Shown here: positions 29,265-39,618 of the stretch, in pieces
Numbering within the stretch: position 1 is the stretch's first letter
Layout of the letters: every line of letters begins with the position of its first letter
From: Candidatus Latescibacterota bacterium
Lineage (GTDB): Bacteria; Latescibacterota; UBA2968; GCA-2709665
DNA: 64,000 nucleotides
Assembly (NCBI GenBank): GCA_965222075.1
Contig: OZ244937.1
Coordinates: 2,976,001 to 3,040,000 of the forward strand
Direction of reading: 5' to 3'
Program-made: the position numbers and the translations under genes
Notes under the pieces: model-generated
Told to the model about the DNA's origin: nothing
Databases searched by the model: none
The model's input: the letters and a program-made list of their open reading frames with translations, nothing else

Positions 29265-29873
29265 TCACGCTGAAGGGGTTTCAATTTTGGCCACACCGAT
29301 CATCGAGTCGCGTGTGACGAGGGAGATAAGCTCCTCTTCGGTGTAGTCCCCGGTGCCGGCAGGACGTTCCGGCAGGACCATGTAGCGGAGATCCGAGTTG
29401 CTGTCCCAGACGCGGATTTCGACGGAGTCGGGCAGATGCAGATCGAACTCCCGTAAAACGGCTCGGGGTTCGCGGACGACCCGTGAACGGTACGCGTAGG
29501 ATTTGTACCAGCCGGGCGGCAGACCGAGTACCGGCCACGGGTAACAGGAGCAGAGGGTGCACACGACCACGTGGTGAACCGTTGACGTGTTCTCCAGTAC
29601 GACCATTCTCGCGCCGTGCGTTCCGCCAAAACCCAGCTCGGCGATGGCCGCTGTACCGTCTTCCAGCAGCCGGCGCTTGTAATCCGCATCGATCCATGCA
29701 CGGGCAACCACTCTGGCGCCGTTTAGCGGGCCGACATCTTTTTCGTACTTGTGCACCACTTTGTCGATCAGATCCGCTGTAAGCAACCCCTTCTCGATCA
29801 GGAGCGACTCGAGTGCACGGGTCCGCAGGGCGGGATCCGATTCGGTCTGGACAGGTTCCTGATGCGTGTTCAT
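29265..29873 (-). CDS. nthA: Nitrile hydratase alpha subunit, Co-type
   Basis: [10 protein letters not shown] metal-binding motif (Thr indicates Co-type). Confidence 0.96.
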   Translation of the reverse strand: MNTHQEPVQTESDPALRTRALESLLIEKGLLTADLIDKVVHKYEKDVGPLNGARVVARAWIDADYKRRLLEDGTAAIAELGFGGTHGARMVVLENTSTVHHVVVCTLCSCYPWPVLGLPPGWYKSYAYRSRVVREPRAVLREFDLHLPDSVEIRVWDSNSDLRYMVLPERPAGTGDYTEEELISLVTRDSMIGVAKIETPSA

Positions 29874-29888
29874 GGGCGTGGAATCCCT

Positions 29889-30575
29889 TTATGATGAGGA
29901 TGACGTCGCCGGTTCCAGATAGCTCTCCCACATATCCAGATAGACGGCGCTTTTCGATTCGGCCGATTCGCCCCATAGCTCCGAGGCTTCGAAACGGACG
30001 GCATACAGGGGCTGCCGGCGGTGGCCACACCCGCTGGGCAAGACGCTGTCCTGCAGGTTGTGGATTCCGTAGAAAGCGTCGACCTCGCCAGCCTTGCCCC
30101 GCACGTATCGAGGAAGGCGGGTGTGACCGGAAGGATGCAAATTGCGCGCGCTTACGCGGTCCCCCCTGGAAAACCGCGGCGGGATGTCCAGCTTCTCCGC
30201 GCGCGGCTCCGCACGGCGCGAACGCTCGAATTTCGCCCTGACGGCATCGGGGTTGGGATGAAGGGGCGTTTTGGCGTTGGGGTTCTTCCGGAAGAGCGCC
30301 ATCCGCGTCTCCAGCTCCTCCGCGGTCAGCACCCCGGCATCGATGAGGCCTTTGACCCGGGAATAAAGCCACTTTTCGTAATAGCTGGACGACAGGTAGT
30401 GCGCCGGGTCCATGTTCTCGATATTGTTGCGTGATCCTCCGGGGACGGCGACGGGCGTGACCACGGCGATGGCCAGCACCCGGCTTTCCCACCAGTGGTG
30501 AAAGATGGGTTCGTTTTCTTCGCGCACGATGGGGCCGAATCCGTGCATCCCGCCCATGTCGTGAATGCCGTCCAT
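29889..30575 (-). CDS. nthB: Nitrile hydratase beta subunit
   Basis: MDGIHDMGG, YYEKW, HTRLPRYVRG, WESYL. Confidence 0.96.
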   Translation of the reverse strand: MDGIHDMGGMHGFGPIVREENEPIFHHWWESRVLAIAVVTPVAVPGGSRNNIENMDPAHYLSSSYYEKWLYSRVKGLIDAGVLTAEELETRMALFRKNPNAKTPLHPNPDAVRAKFERSRRAEPRAEKLDIPPRFSRGDRVSARNLHPSGHTRLPRYVRGKAGEVDAFYGIHNLQDSVLPSGCGHRRQPLYAVRFEASELWGESAESKSAVYLDMWESYLEPATSSSS

Positions 30576-30638
30576 GTTCGCTCCTGTGGTTCAGCGCGGC
30601 CGCCAGGCTGGCGCGGATGCCCGCTCGCTGGACGATGA

Positions 30639-32363
30639 TTATTTCCTCTGCATCCTCGCCCACGAATCCCGCAGCGTAATCGTCCGGTTGAACACCGGCT
30701 TATCGGGCGTGGAATCCGGATCCACGCAAAAATACCCCAACCGCTCGAACTGGTACACGGTTCCCGGCGCTGCGCCTTTCACACTGGGCTCGATATAACA
30801 CGCAGGCCTCACCTCCAGCGAGTTCGGGTTCAGACTGGCCTTAAAATCCTGGCCCTCGAGCGGGTTCTCCTTCAAAAACAGCCGATCGAACAGCCGCACT
30901 TCGGCCTCAACCGCGTGTTTGACCGATACCCAGTGCAGCGTGCTGCGTACCTTCCGGCCGTCCGGTGTGGACCCGCCCCGGCTCTCCGGATCGAACGTGC
31001 AGCGCAATTCCACCACCTTGCCGTTTTCGTCCTTCACCGCCTTCTGGCAGGTAATATAACACGCCGCCCTGAGCCGCACCTCTCGCCCCGGCGCCAGCCG
31101 GCGGAATCTTCTGGGCGGATCCTCCATAAAATCGTCCCGCTCGATGTAGACCACCCGTGAAAACGGCACTTTACGCATCCCGGCCGACGGGTCCTCCGGA
31201 TTAATCAGCGCCTCGAACGTCTCCTCTTCACCCTCTGGATAGTTTTCGATCACCACCTTCAGCGGATCAACCACCCCCATCACACGGGGCGCAGTCTTGT
31301 TCAGATGCTCGCGAATGTACGACTCAAACAGATCCATTTCCGCCACCGTATCCCGCCGATTCACCCCCACCCGCCGGATAAAATCCCTGATCGCCCCGGG
31401 TGGCACCCCTCTTCTGCGCATGCCTCTCAGGGTGGGCATACGTGGATCGTCCCAGCCGCTGACGTACCCCGCTTCCACCAGTTGCCGCAAATATCGCTTG
31501 CTCACCACCGTAAACGTAATGTTCAATAGAGAAAACTCAATCTGACGCGAGGGGAAAATCCCCAGTTCCTTGATATACCAGTTGTAAAGGGGCTGGTGGT
31601 CGGCAAACTCAATGCTGCAAAGCGAATGGGTCACCCCCTCAATGGCATCCGACTGCCCGTGCGCCCAATCGTACGTCGGGTAGATGCACCACCTGTCCCC
31701 CGTCCGGTGATGCGCTGTATGAATAATCCGGTACATCACCGGATCACGCATGTTCATATTTGGCGATGCCATATCAATCTTTGCCCTGAGCGTCCGGCAC
31801 CCGTCCGCGAATTCCCCATTTTTCATTCGCTCGAACAAATCCAGATTCTCCTCCACCAATCGGTTTCGGTAGGGACTCTCTTTCCCCGGCCTGGTCACCG
31901 ATCCCCGGTATTCCCGAATCTCCTCAGCGCTCAGATCGCACACATATACCTTGCCTTTTTTCATCAACCGGATCGCAAATTCGTAGAGCTGATCGAAATA
32001 GTCCGAAGCAAAATACAGCCGGTCACCCCAGTCGAACCCCACCCATTTGATGTCCTCCTTCATAGACTCCACATATTCTGTTTCTTCCCTCACCGGGTTG
32101 GTATCGTCAAAACGCAAATTGCAGATTCCGCCGAACGCTTCCGCCACACCAAAATTCAGGCAAAACCCAAAGGCATTGCCAATATGCAAATACCCGTTCG
32201 GCTCCGGCGGAAATCGGGTCACAATACGGCCGTGTTTCCCTGTCTTCAGGTCTTCCCGGATAATATCCCGGATAAAATCAGACGGCGCGTCTTCGCCTGC
32301 CTGCCGAGCAGATCTCGGCGCAGGCAGGCCCGCTTCCACGTTCTTCTCTTCTACCTGTTCCAT
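30639..32363 (-). CDS. glnS: Glutamine--tRNA ligase (divergent signature motifs)
   Basis: [44 protein letters not shown]. Confidence 0.92.
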   Translation of the reverse strand: MEQVEEKNVEAGLPAPRSARQAGEDAPSDFIRDIIREDLKTGKHGRIVTRFPPEPNGYLHIGNAFGFCLNFGVAEAFGGICNLRFDDTNPVREETEYVESMKEDIKWVGFDWGDRLYFASDYFDQLYEFAIRLMKKGKVYVCDLSAEEIREYRGSVTRPGKESPYRNRLVEENLDLFERMKNGEFADGCRTLRAKIDMASPNMNMRDPVMYRIIHTAHHRTGDRWCIYPTYDWAHGQSDAIEGVTHSLCSIEFADHQPLYNWYIKELGIFPSRQIEFSLLNITFTVVSKRYLRQLVEAGYVSGWDDPRMPTLRGMRRRGVPPGAIRDFIRRVGVNRRDTVAEMDLFESYIREHLNKTAPRVMGVVDPLKVVIENYPEGEEETFEALINPEDPSAGMRKVPFSRVVYIERDDFMEDPPRRFRRLAPGREVRLRAACYITCQKAVKDENGKVVELRCTFDPESRGGSTPDGRKVRSTLHWVSVKHAVEAEVRLFDRLFLKENPLEGQDFKASLNPNSLEVRPACYIEPSVKGAAPGTVYQFERLGYFCVDPDSTPDKPVFNRTITLRDSWARMQRK

Positions 32364-32573
32364 AAGCGTCGCCTCGCGTGAATACAACCGAATCCGTCGA
32401 AGCAATATGCCTCTCATCGTTATTGGACAGAAGCCTGAAAAACCGCCAGTTATCGAGAAAACGCCTCACCCAATTATATCAAACAAGCACGGTATGATCA
32501 AGAAATTCTTGAGCACGGCCCTCTACTGCAATCCAACATGGCCTGCCTGACACACACAAAGGAAGCCACAGAA

Positions 32574-35500
32574 TTACGAAGTTCCATCCCTCCAGAAAAA
32601 GAGACTGCTTCGTTCCCGGCAGAACTCATAAAATGCCTTAAAACACCTGTTGGCCTTCAAGTCCTCCTCCATTTGAGGCACGGTTGAGAAAAACATCCGG
32701 CTTCCCACCACAATCAGCTTCTGTCTTGCGCGTGTGATTGCCACGTTGAAACGGTTCGGATTGTTCAGAAAATGGCTCGTGATATGATCCGGATCGGATG
32801 CCGTAAATGCGAACAGGATCACATCCCGTTCGGCCCCCTGAACGCGCTCTACAGTATCGATCAGGGGAAGCGTCTCGCCCACGAGCAACCTCCCAAGCCG
32901 GTCTGCGGTGGCGTTGTTCTGCGCTCGATGTGGGGAAATCAAGGCCAGTTGATCTGCGGTCAAACCGTATCTGCTCATCAGCCGATAGGCAAGTTCAGTC
33001 ACAATTTCAACTTCCGGATCCGACTTCTGGTGGCACCCCCGATGATCCACCACCAGGAGTGAGACCGGTTTTTCAGGGTCAAGAACGCAATCCAACAAAT
33101 CGTTCTGTCGGGGGTCACTTAAAACAAGCCGGCTATGGGCGTTGTCAGCCGCGGCGACAAGCGTCCCGTCGTACCAGGTCCGGCTTGGAAAAGCACACAG
33201 CTCCTCATTCATCCGATAGGTCTGATCCAGCCGGACACGGCATGCCGGACCATAACAATCCAGAAGATGGGAAAGGACCGACCGATGCGCGTCGAACGTC
33301 GCGCCTGCATCCTCACCGTAGTCTCCCAGAACCACGGGCGGCAGCTGTTTCACATCGCCGTAAAAGAGAACTTTTCCCTTTCCATAAATCAGGCTCAGAA
33401 GCGCCTGGGGGATGAGCACCTGAGAAGCCTCATCGAAAACAACCCGGTCAAACACCTGGGGAAAGGCGCCTTTGCGTCCCTCAAACATCTGATAAAGCCC
33501 AAACCCCGTAGCACCCAGAATCACATAAGGATATTCCGCAAGCGCTTCCACACTGTCCAGGGGTTCTACGCGCCAGCCGCCTTCTACCGCCGGGTCTTCC
33601 CCTTCCCAGCGTCCCCACTTCAGACACTTCCCCGGAAAGTCCTGCAAGCCGTGCTGTCTGACCAGTGTCACCACCTTTTGCAGCACCTGGTCAATGGCCT
33701 GATGCGTCAATGCGCTCACCACAATACGCAGCGGCACCCCCACCTCCCGGGCTTGTTGAATGAGGGCGATCAACGTCCAGCCCAGCAAATGCGTCTTACC
33801 CGTTCCCGGCGGCCCCTCAATCAAGCTCACGCGGTACTGGAAAGGAAGGGCCAGCGCCTGCTGCTGCGTCGGGTTGAGTCCCGATACCGGCCCAAACGCA
33901 CCCAGCCAGTTCTGCGCCCAGCGCAGCCCTTCGGGGTCCTGGTCTGTGGACCACCCGCCCGAAAACAGCTTCGACAGCGGATGGGGGCGGTCCGCAGAAA
34001 AAACCGTCCGAACCGCGTGGACCAGCTTTGGACCGTTCCAGTCGGTCACGTCCTCCTCTAAGGAACAGACCAGCCGCCGATTCAGGGCCAGCCGCCCCTG
34101 TCGGGAATGCACCCACACCCGACCGGCATTCCGATCGTCCGCAGCCAGAATAACGGGAAAGCCGCTTTGAAGATCGGGCGTGCCGACCGGTGCAAGTTTA
34201 AGAAAATCGCCCTCACGAAATTTTGAAACCCCGGCCTCCGGATCGGTCTCAAACCCGTAAAGAAAACGGCCTTCGTCGTCAAGCGCCGTCTCCTGAAAAC
34301 GCAGCGGACCCATGGCCCGGAAGCGCTCCACGCGTTCTTCTAAAGTATATGCCTGCAGGGTGAGAATATCCTCTTCTCGAAGTCGCTTTTCCTCCTCTAA
34401 AAAATTCAAATACGGCGTCTCCGGCGCGTAGACCACACCGGGCACCACCTCCCAGCCCCTCTGTTCCCACTCGCTCTCCAGATGCGAAGACGCCCATCGC
34501 CAGACCCCCGCCTGAAGGGTCAGAATAGCGTCCACGCGTTCGGCCATCTCCCTCCGCTGACCTTCGTTCCGCGCCCATTCTTCGGGCAAAACACAGGGGG
34601 CGTCATCTGCATGGAACAGACTCTCCGGCTCACGCAGTTCCGGCTTCAGCCCCAGCAGGCGTCCAAGGGAAAAAAGCGTCAAATTACCGGGCGCGGGGAG
34701 GTCGAAATGCGCCCCAACCAGCCGCCGCAGGTCGGTCCGGTGGGTGCGTTCGTGCGCCCACAGGAAGGCCAGCTCTGTCGCCTCGCCCCACACCTGGAGC
34801 GCCTGCCAGCACCGCTCCCCAAAATGAAACACGTGCGGCCCCTGTCCTCCTTCAACGCTTTCTTCCCACACCTTCAAAAATCGCTCTGTAAAAGCCTGCA
34901 ACACCTGCGGCAGTTCACCCTCCGATGCGTCAACCCAGACCTGGCCGTCTACAACGGTCCCCCCCCGCAACGCCCGCCAGCCTGCACCGCGCGGCAACCC
35001 CGAAATCGGGTCTTCAATCAGATGGATGAAAATGGCCGTTGAAAGGTTATCCGGAAAAAGCCGGGTCTTCCGTTCCCGAAGGCCAATCCGGTTTGTTCTC
35101 AGAGCCGTAAGACGGCCCTCCAGCAGTTCTCGCTGGTGCGGGCTGAAAAGATCGCCCTCGACCGGTTCTTGAGACGGTCGTTCAAACCACGCACCGGCTG
35201 CCTCTACGGTCTTCAGCCCAAGCGCCCGAAACTTCTGCAAAGCGCCCGCAGTCAATTGCGGCAGAAACAGCACGTCTTCTACCCCGAGCGCCTCCCGGTA
35301 ACAATGCTCAAAATTGGGACAGGTCGTGCAGTGGGTCCGGAGCCGATAGGTCGCTTCCGAAGGCGCCTTCAGCAAAACCTCGCCCACATTTCGAAAGAGC
35401 ATGGGAAACGCGGCCAGATAAGGCTGGAGATCAAACCTGTGCTGCTCGGGCGCCTCAGTCCGTAGGCGTGGACGCAGCATCAGAAAACCCGAAGCGGCAA

Positions 35501-38369
35501 CCTCGGCCTGCACCTGTGGGCGAATCAACGCCTTCAGCATCAGGGCGTAAAACGCCACCTGCCATTTCTGGCTGTCATAGGGCATCCGACTATCCTTGAT
35601 ATCCCCCACCTCTATCAGCGGCCCCCGATCCCCCATCGAAACCCGGATGAGATCGGGAATACCAACCCCGTCTACGCCGCACAGCCAATCGTCTTCCCGG
35701 CCCAGCACGGATGGCAGGATCAGGACGGCCTGAGCGAGCACAAACGACCGGTCCGGCTCCGATTCGACTCTGTGGACCAGGCATTTCAGCTGTTCTAAAG
35801 ACGCTTCAAACCGCGCCTTCAGGGAATGCCTCCGGCCATCGGCATCGATCTCCTCCACAACGGACAGCGCCTCTCCACTATCCCGGATGTGGTCCAGCAC
35901 TCGCCGCTCGTGCAGCCTTCCCCGCTCCATCCGCAGCGCTCCTGAATCCGTATCTCCCCCTCGCCATTCGGGGGGACGCTGGTCGGGCGGCATAAAATTG
36001 AGACTCAGCCACCGTTCACACTGCTGATGCCCAAGATAGGCCCCTACCATCGTCCCGGTAAGCGTCCGCGGCCGGTGCCGCGCATCCGGTCCAAACGCGA
36101 ACACATCCTGTTTTACGCCAATGCCCCACCGCTGCTTTTCTCCTGTCAACAGGGCATCTACCCCAGGCGCCGTATCAAACAGAACCGGCGTGCGCCGCTC
36201 CGCTTCTTGCACCTCCTGTTCAAGTACGGTGGGATCTCCTGAAACCACCTCCGAAGATCGGTCTGAATACCGGCGAAAAACCTCCGCGATCCGGCAATCA
36301 AAAAGAAAATCCGTCAGTTCCTCCACCAGCAACGCACGTGGCAAAACCGCACAGAAGGCATTCAACGGAAACAGCCCGCACAGGGCTTCCAGGTGCCGCT
36401 CTGTCCACCGGGAAAACGCCTCTTTCTCTGTGGGCAGAGAAAGGGTTTGGAAATCAATCCGATGTGAACAGTCGATCCCAACCTCATCGGAGACCACGGT
36501 AAGATCCTCCGGACGAGGACTTAAGTCGTGTTCAACCGTCCACTGAAGCACCAGATTGCCCACAGATCCGAGATAAGTCCAATAGCGGTAAAGCCCTCCC
36601 ACCCCGCGTCCAACCTCAATACCGTTATCCAGCACCACCCTTCGCCCGGCGCGATCCAGTGCGGTCTCCAACAGCCTCCGGGTGCGGGCAAACAGCCCCG
36701 GCGCCTGCGCTTCGGCGCCTGCCCGGAACACCTCCCGAATCGATTGGGCCACTTCGTAGGAAATCCGGAAGCCGGCGCCCAGCCAGAAAAGCTCCTTCTC
36801 GTCTAACCGGTCCACGGGCCGCGCCACCACATGCCTCCGCTCTCCGGCCTCGATCTTCAGAACCTGAAGGCGCTTCCCTGCAAGCTGCACCCGATCTCCC
36901 GGTTCAAGCTGTCGGACAACCGATTTCGGAAGGTCCGCAATCGCCTCTCCCGAAAGCTCTAAGGTATAATCCACCTCGGCTTCGGGGAAATTGCTCCAGA
37001 TCCGTCGTTCCAGAAAACAATCCCGGTAGCGCCGCCCGCCCCGGAAAAGGCCCCTGGTCCGGTCTTCCCGCAACCACCCCTGCCGGACCATCGAGGCAAA
37101 CAGAGGGTCAATGGCCTCCCGACGATCCGGAAACAGCGCCTGAAGAGCCGACAGGGAAATCCGCTTTTTCTCGTACAAACAGGAAAGGACCTGCTGGACC
37201 AGCACGCTGGGCAAGTCTCGGGGCTGGGGAGACTCAACGATGCCCTGCCGGGCCAGACGCAGTAGCCCCAAAAACCGAAAAAGCTGCGCCTCGGCCTCCT
37301 CTCCCCGGCAGATTCCCCAGAAGTGTGTGCAAGCCTCCCGGCGGTTGGACCGGCCGATGCGCTGGAGAAAGGCCGACGCCGAATCGGGCGGCTCGTAAAG
37401 CAGCACGCCGTCCACATCGCCGATATCGATGCCCAGTTCAAGCGTGCTTGTCGCAATACAGAGCGCGTGTGCACGGCGTCGAAACCGGTGCTCCACCCCC
37501 CGGCGTTCTTTCGACTTTAAATTGGAGTAGTGCAACTCGGTAACGCCCTGAAAACGCCCGTGGTGGCTTAAAAGCGAAAACAGCCGGTCGCAGCAGCTCC
37601 GGCTGTTGGCAAACACCAAAACCTTCCGGTAATCCCATACGTCGTAAAGATCGTCCAGCAGAGCGACGAGTTCGTGCTCATCGTTTTTCAGGTGAACGAA
37701 GTGGGGCGCAATCTCCCGCTGAACGGGCTCGGTTAACCGAACCGCATCGTCCCCAAACCCAAAAAATCGTACCACCGCATCCACGTCGGCAATCGTAGCC
37801 GAAAGGGCAACCTTCTGCACCGGCCCGGCCGTGCGGCGCTCTAAGCGCTGCAGCAAATAGGCCAGTTGTCGCCCCCGATAGCGATAAATCAGCGGATGCA
37901 CCTCGTCGATAATCACCGTACCGATGCGCTGTACAAAACCCCTCAGATCCGCGTTGGAGCTGCCCAGCGTGACATCCAAAGACTCGGGCGTCGTCAGCAG
38001 CAGATCCGGGCGCGCCCCACCGGCCCGCTTGAGATCCCCGGTGCGCACCCCCATCCGCAGGCCCAGCCGTTCGGCCAGAACCGGCGCCAGACGCCGCTCT
38101 AAGTCCACGGCTAAGGCCCGGGTGGGGACCACGTAAAGAACCGCCTGTTCTCGTCCCGATTGAATCACCCGTTCCATGCAGGGCGCCAGCACCGCCTCGG
38201 TCTTTCCCGACCCGGTTGCCGACTGCACAATCAGGTCTTTGCCCTCAAGCAGAGGTTCGATTGCCCGTTTCTGAATAGGATAAAGATAGGGAAAAGACCC
38301 GTAAAACGCCCGGTAAGTGTTGGGAAGTTGAAGGAGGGAGGAGGTTGAATCGTGGAGGAGAGGGGACAT
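32574..38369 (-). CDS. Lhr-like DEAH helicase + Fe-S RecB/TM0106-like nuclease + Dna2/Nam7-like SF1 helicase fusion
   Basis: ATGSGKT, DEVH, SAT, QRIGRSNR; C...PDL..DIK..QVAFY..CTTCPNFEHC; GPPGTGKT, DEASQ, GDVKQLPP, YRM, VQGAERD, NVAITRA. Confidence 0.88.
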   Translation of the reverse strand: MSPLLHDSTSSLLQLPNTYRAFYGSFPYLYPIQKRAIEPLLEGKDLIVQSATGSGKTEAVLAPCMERVIQSGREQAVLYVVPTRALAVDLERRLAPVLAERLGLRMGVRTGDLKRAGGARPDLLLTTPESLDVTLGSSNADLRGFVQRIGTVIIDEVHPLIYRYRGRQLAYLLQRLERRTAGPVQKVALSATIADVDAVVRFFGFGDDAVRLTEPVQREIAPHFVHLKNDEHELVALLDDLYDVWDYRKVLVFANSRSCCDRLFSLLSHHGRFQGVTELHYSNLKSKERRGVEHRFRRRAHALCIATSTLELGIDIGDVDGVLLYEPPDSASAFLQRIGRSNRREACTHFWGICRGEEAEAQLFRFLGLLRLARQGIVESPQPRDLPSVLVQQVLSCLYEKKRISLSALQALFPDRREAIDPLFASMVRQGWLREDRTRGLFRGGRRYRDCFLERRIWSNFPEAEVDYTLELSGEAIADLPKSVVRQLEPGDRVQLAGKRLQVLKIEAGERRHVVARPVDRLDEKELFWLGAGFRISYEVAQSIREVFRAGAEAQAPGLFARTRRLLETALDRAGRRVVLDNGIEVGRGVGGLYRYWTYLGSVGNLVLQWTVEHDLSPRPEDLTVVSDEVGIDCSHRIDFQTLSLPTEKEAFSRWTERHLEALCGLFPLNAFCAVLPRALLVEELTDFLFDCRIAEVFRRYSDRSSEVVSGDPTVLEQEVQEAERRTPVLFDTAPGVDALLTGEKQRWGIGVKQDVFAFGPDARHRPRTLTGTMVGAYLGHQQCERWLSLNFMPPDQRPPEWRGGDTDSGALRMERGRLHERRVLDHIRDSGEALSVVEEIDADGRRHSLKARFEASLEQLKCLVHRVESEPDRSFVLAQAVLILPSVLGREDDWLCGVDGVGIPDLIRVSMGDRGPLIEVGDIKDSRMPYDSQKWQVAFYALMLKALIRPQVQAEVAASGFLMLRPRLRTEAPEQHRFDLQPYLAAFPMLFRNVGEVLLKAPSEATYRLRTHCTTCPNFEHCYREALGVEDVLFLPQLTAGALQKFRALGLKTVEAAGAWFERPSQEPVEGDLFSPHQRELLEGRLTALRTNRIGLRERKTRLFPDNLSTAIFIHLIEDPISGLPRGAGWRALRGGTVVDGQVWVDASEGELPQVLQAFTERFLKVWEESVEGGQGPHVFHFGERCWQALQVWGEATELAFLWAHERTHRTDLRRLVGAHFDLPAPGNLTLFSLGRLLGLKPELREPESLFHADDAPCVLPEEWARNEGQRREMAERVDAILTLQAGVWRWASSHLESEWEQRGWEVVPGVVYAPETPYLNFLEEEKRLREEDILTLQAYTLEERVERFRAMGPLRFQETALDDEGRFLYGFETDPEAGVSKFREGDFLKLAPVGTPDLQSGFPVILAADDRNAGRVWVHSRQGRLALNRRLVCSLEEDVTDWNGPKLVHAVRTVFSADRPHPLSKLFSGGWSTDQDPEGLRWAQNWLGAFGPVSGLNPTQQQALALPFQYRVSLIEGPPGTGKTHLLGWTLIALIQQAREVGVPLRIVVSALTHQAIDQVLQKVVTLVRQHGLQDFPGKCLKWGRWEGEDPAVEGGWRVEPLDSVEALAEYPYVILGATGFGLYQMFEGRKGAFPQVFDRVVFDEASQVLIPQALLSLIYGKGKVLFYGDVKQLPPVVLGDYGEDAGATFDAHRSVLSHLLDCYGPACRVRLDQTYRMNEELCAFPSRTWYDGTLVAAADNAHSRLVLSDPRQNDLLDCVLDPEKPVSLLVVDHRGCHQKSDPEVEIVTELAYRLMSRYGLTADQLALISPHRAQNNATADRLGRLLVGETLPLIDTVERVQGAERDVILFAFTASDPDHITSHFLNNPNRFNVAITRARQKLIVVGSRMFFSTVPQMEEDLKANRCFKAFYEFCRERSSLFFWRDGTS

Positions 38370-38394
38370 GATAAGGGCTCGGAATGATGTGCGG

Positions 38395-39618
38395 CTACAA
38401 CACCCGTTCTTGATGCACCAGGTCCAGCTGGTCCACCAGCGCCTTCAGCTTGTAGCGGGTCTCCTGGCCCTGCATCTCGGCCAATCGTTCGGCCATCTCT
38501 TTGCGCACCCGTGCCGGCGGCGGCCGCCACTGGTAGGCCCTGCCGTGGAGGTGCATCAGTTTTCCGGCCAGTTCATCCCATTCCCGCCCGGATAGATCCT
38601 GTAACCGATAGCGCATCAGGCCTTTCCAGGTATCGGCATAATCCTTTTCAAAATAGGGCATTTCCAGGTCGCCCCGAACCTTCACCCGGTCGTATTCCTC
38701 TTCCTCTACCTTCTGAAAAAAGTCGTCCGTAAAAGCGAAAATCGGATAAAGATAACGAACCGTTGCCTCGGGGACAAACATCCGATCCAGGATCTGGTAA
38801 CTCCGGCTGCGGGCCGTAATACGCACCTGCGAGATCGATTCCCCCTCGTCAAACAGCAGCACCCACCCCCGGTACCCCATCTTCCGAAAAAGCCGGGCCA
38901 GCCCCCGGACCATCTGAAGATAAGGCTCGGCGCCCCGACAGGTCAGCGACGCCTGCATGTAGAAATCGACCTGCCGGTACTTGAGCGCGTGCCGCAGCCG
39001 GAAGACCGGCGCCACATCGCCTGCAAGCGCCCGGGAAAGCAGATAGGGAAATTCCCTTGGCCGGTACGACGCGTGTTTTTTGGTCTTCCGCTGCCGCCTG
39101 GAAAGCAAAACCGTCTTCTGCGCAATCCCCACCAGCACCGACCGGAACAGGTGGGGCATTTCCTCCGGCAGGAGGTCAACCACCCCGTTCTCAACCCCCT
39201 CGCCCGTCTGCCCCTCGGCCCACGTTCGCCACTGTGCAATCAACGACGCCCCGGTTCCCGGAAACCGCAGATTGGCCATCAGCGCCCGGTAAGTCTGCCG
39301 AAAATCGTGGAAGGCAACCTCCCGGGGATCCAGGTTGATCATACTGGTTACGAAATTTTCCCTCAGCGCCCGGCCCTGGATATAGGTCAAACTGTGCGAT
39401 TTCCCCTGCCCGTAGGCCCCGCAGATGCACAGGTGTGGGACCTTTCCTCGATCCAGCGCCTGGAACCCCCCGTCCACCGCCTGGTTCAGCCGCTCCTCGT
39501 GGGCCGTCAACAGCCGGACCGCCACCGGGTCGAACAGCCCCTCCCGCAGCCGTTCCACCGCGCGCCGCAAGTGAAAATCGGTCTCTCCGTCCAGCCTCTG
39601 AAAATCTCTCGTCCCCAT
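38395..39618 (-). CDS. BrxD/DUF2791-like P-loop ATPase (paralogue 2)
   Basis: AVERLREG, GAYGQGKSH, LLFDEGE; start overlaps upstream stop (TGATG). Confidence 0.8.
   Translation of the reverse strand: MGTRDFQRLDGETDFHLRRAVERLREGLFDPVAVRLLTAHEERLNQAVDGGFQALDRGKVPHLCICGAYGQGKSHSLTYIQGRALRENFVTSMINLDPREVAFHDFRQTYRALMANLRFPGTGASLIAQWRTWAEGQTGEGVENGVVDLLPEEMPHLFRSVLVGIAQKTVLLSRRQRKTKKHASYRPREFPYLLSRALAGDVAPVFRLRHALKYRQVDFYMQASLTCRGAEPYLQMVRGLARLFRKMGYRGWVLLFDEGESISQVRITARSRSYQILDRMFVPEATVRYLYPIFAFTDDFFQKVEEEEYDRVKVRGDLEMPYFEKDYADTWKGLMRYRLQDLSGREWDELAGKLMHLHGRAYQWRPPPARVRKEMAERLAEMQGQETRYKLKALVDQLDLVHQERVL

Noticed and set aside
29281-30663. 460-aa ORF overlapping nthB/nthA
   Set aside because: It is an alternative frame over two genes with clear NHase motifs.
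35250-36050. Cas4-like cysteine motif suggesting a CRISPR-Cas locus
   Set aside because: It is an internal domain of the helicase fusion; no cas1/cas2 or array is in the window.
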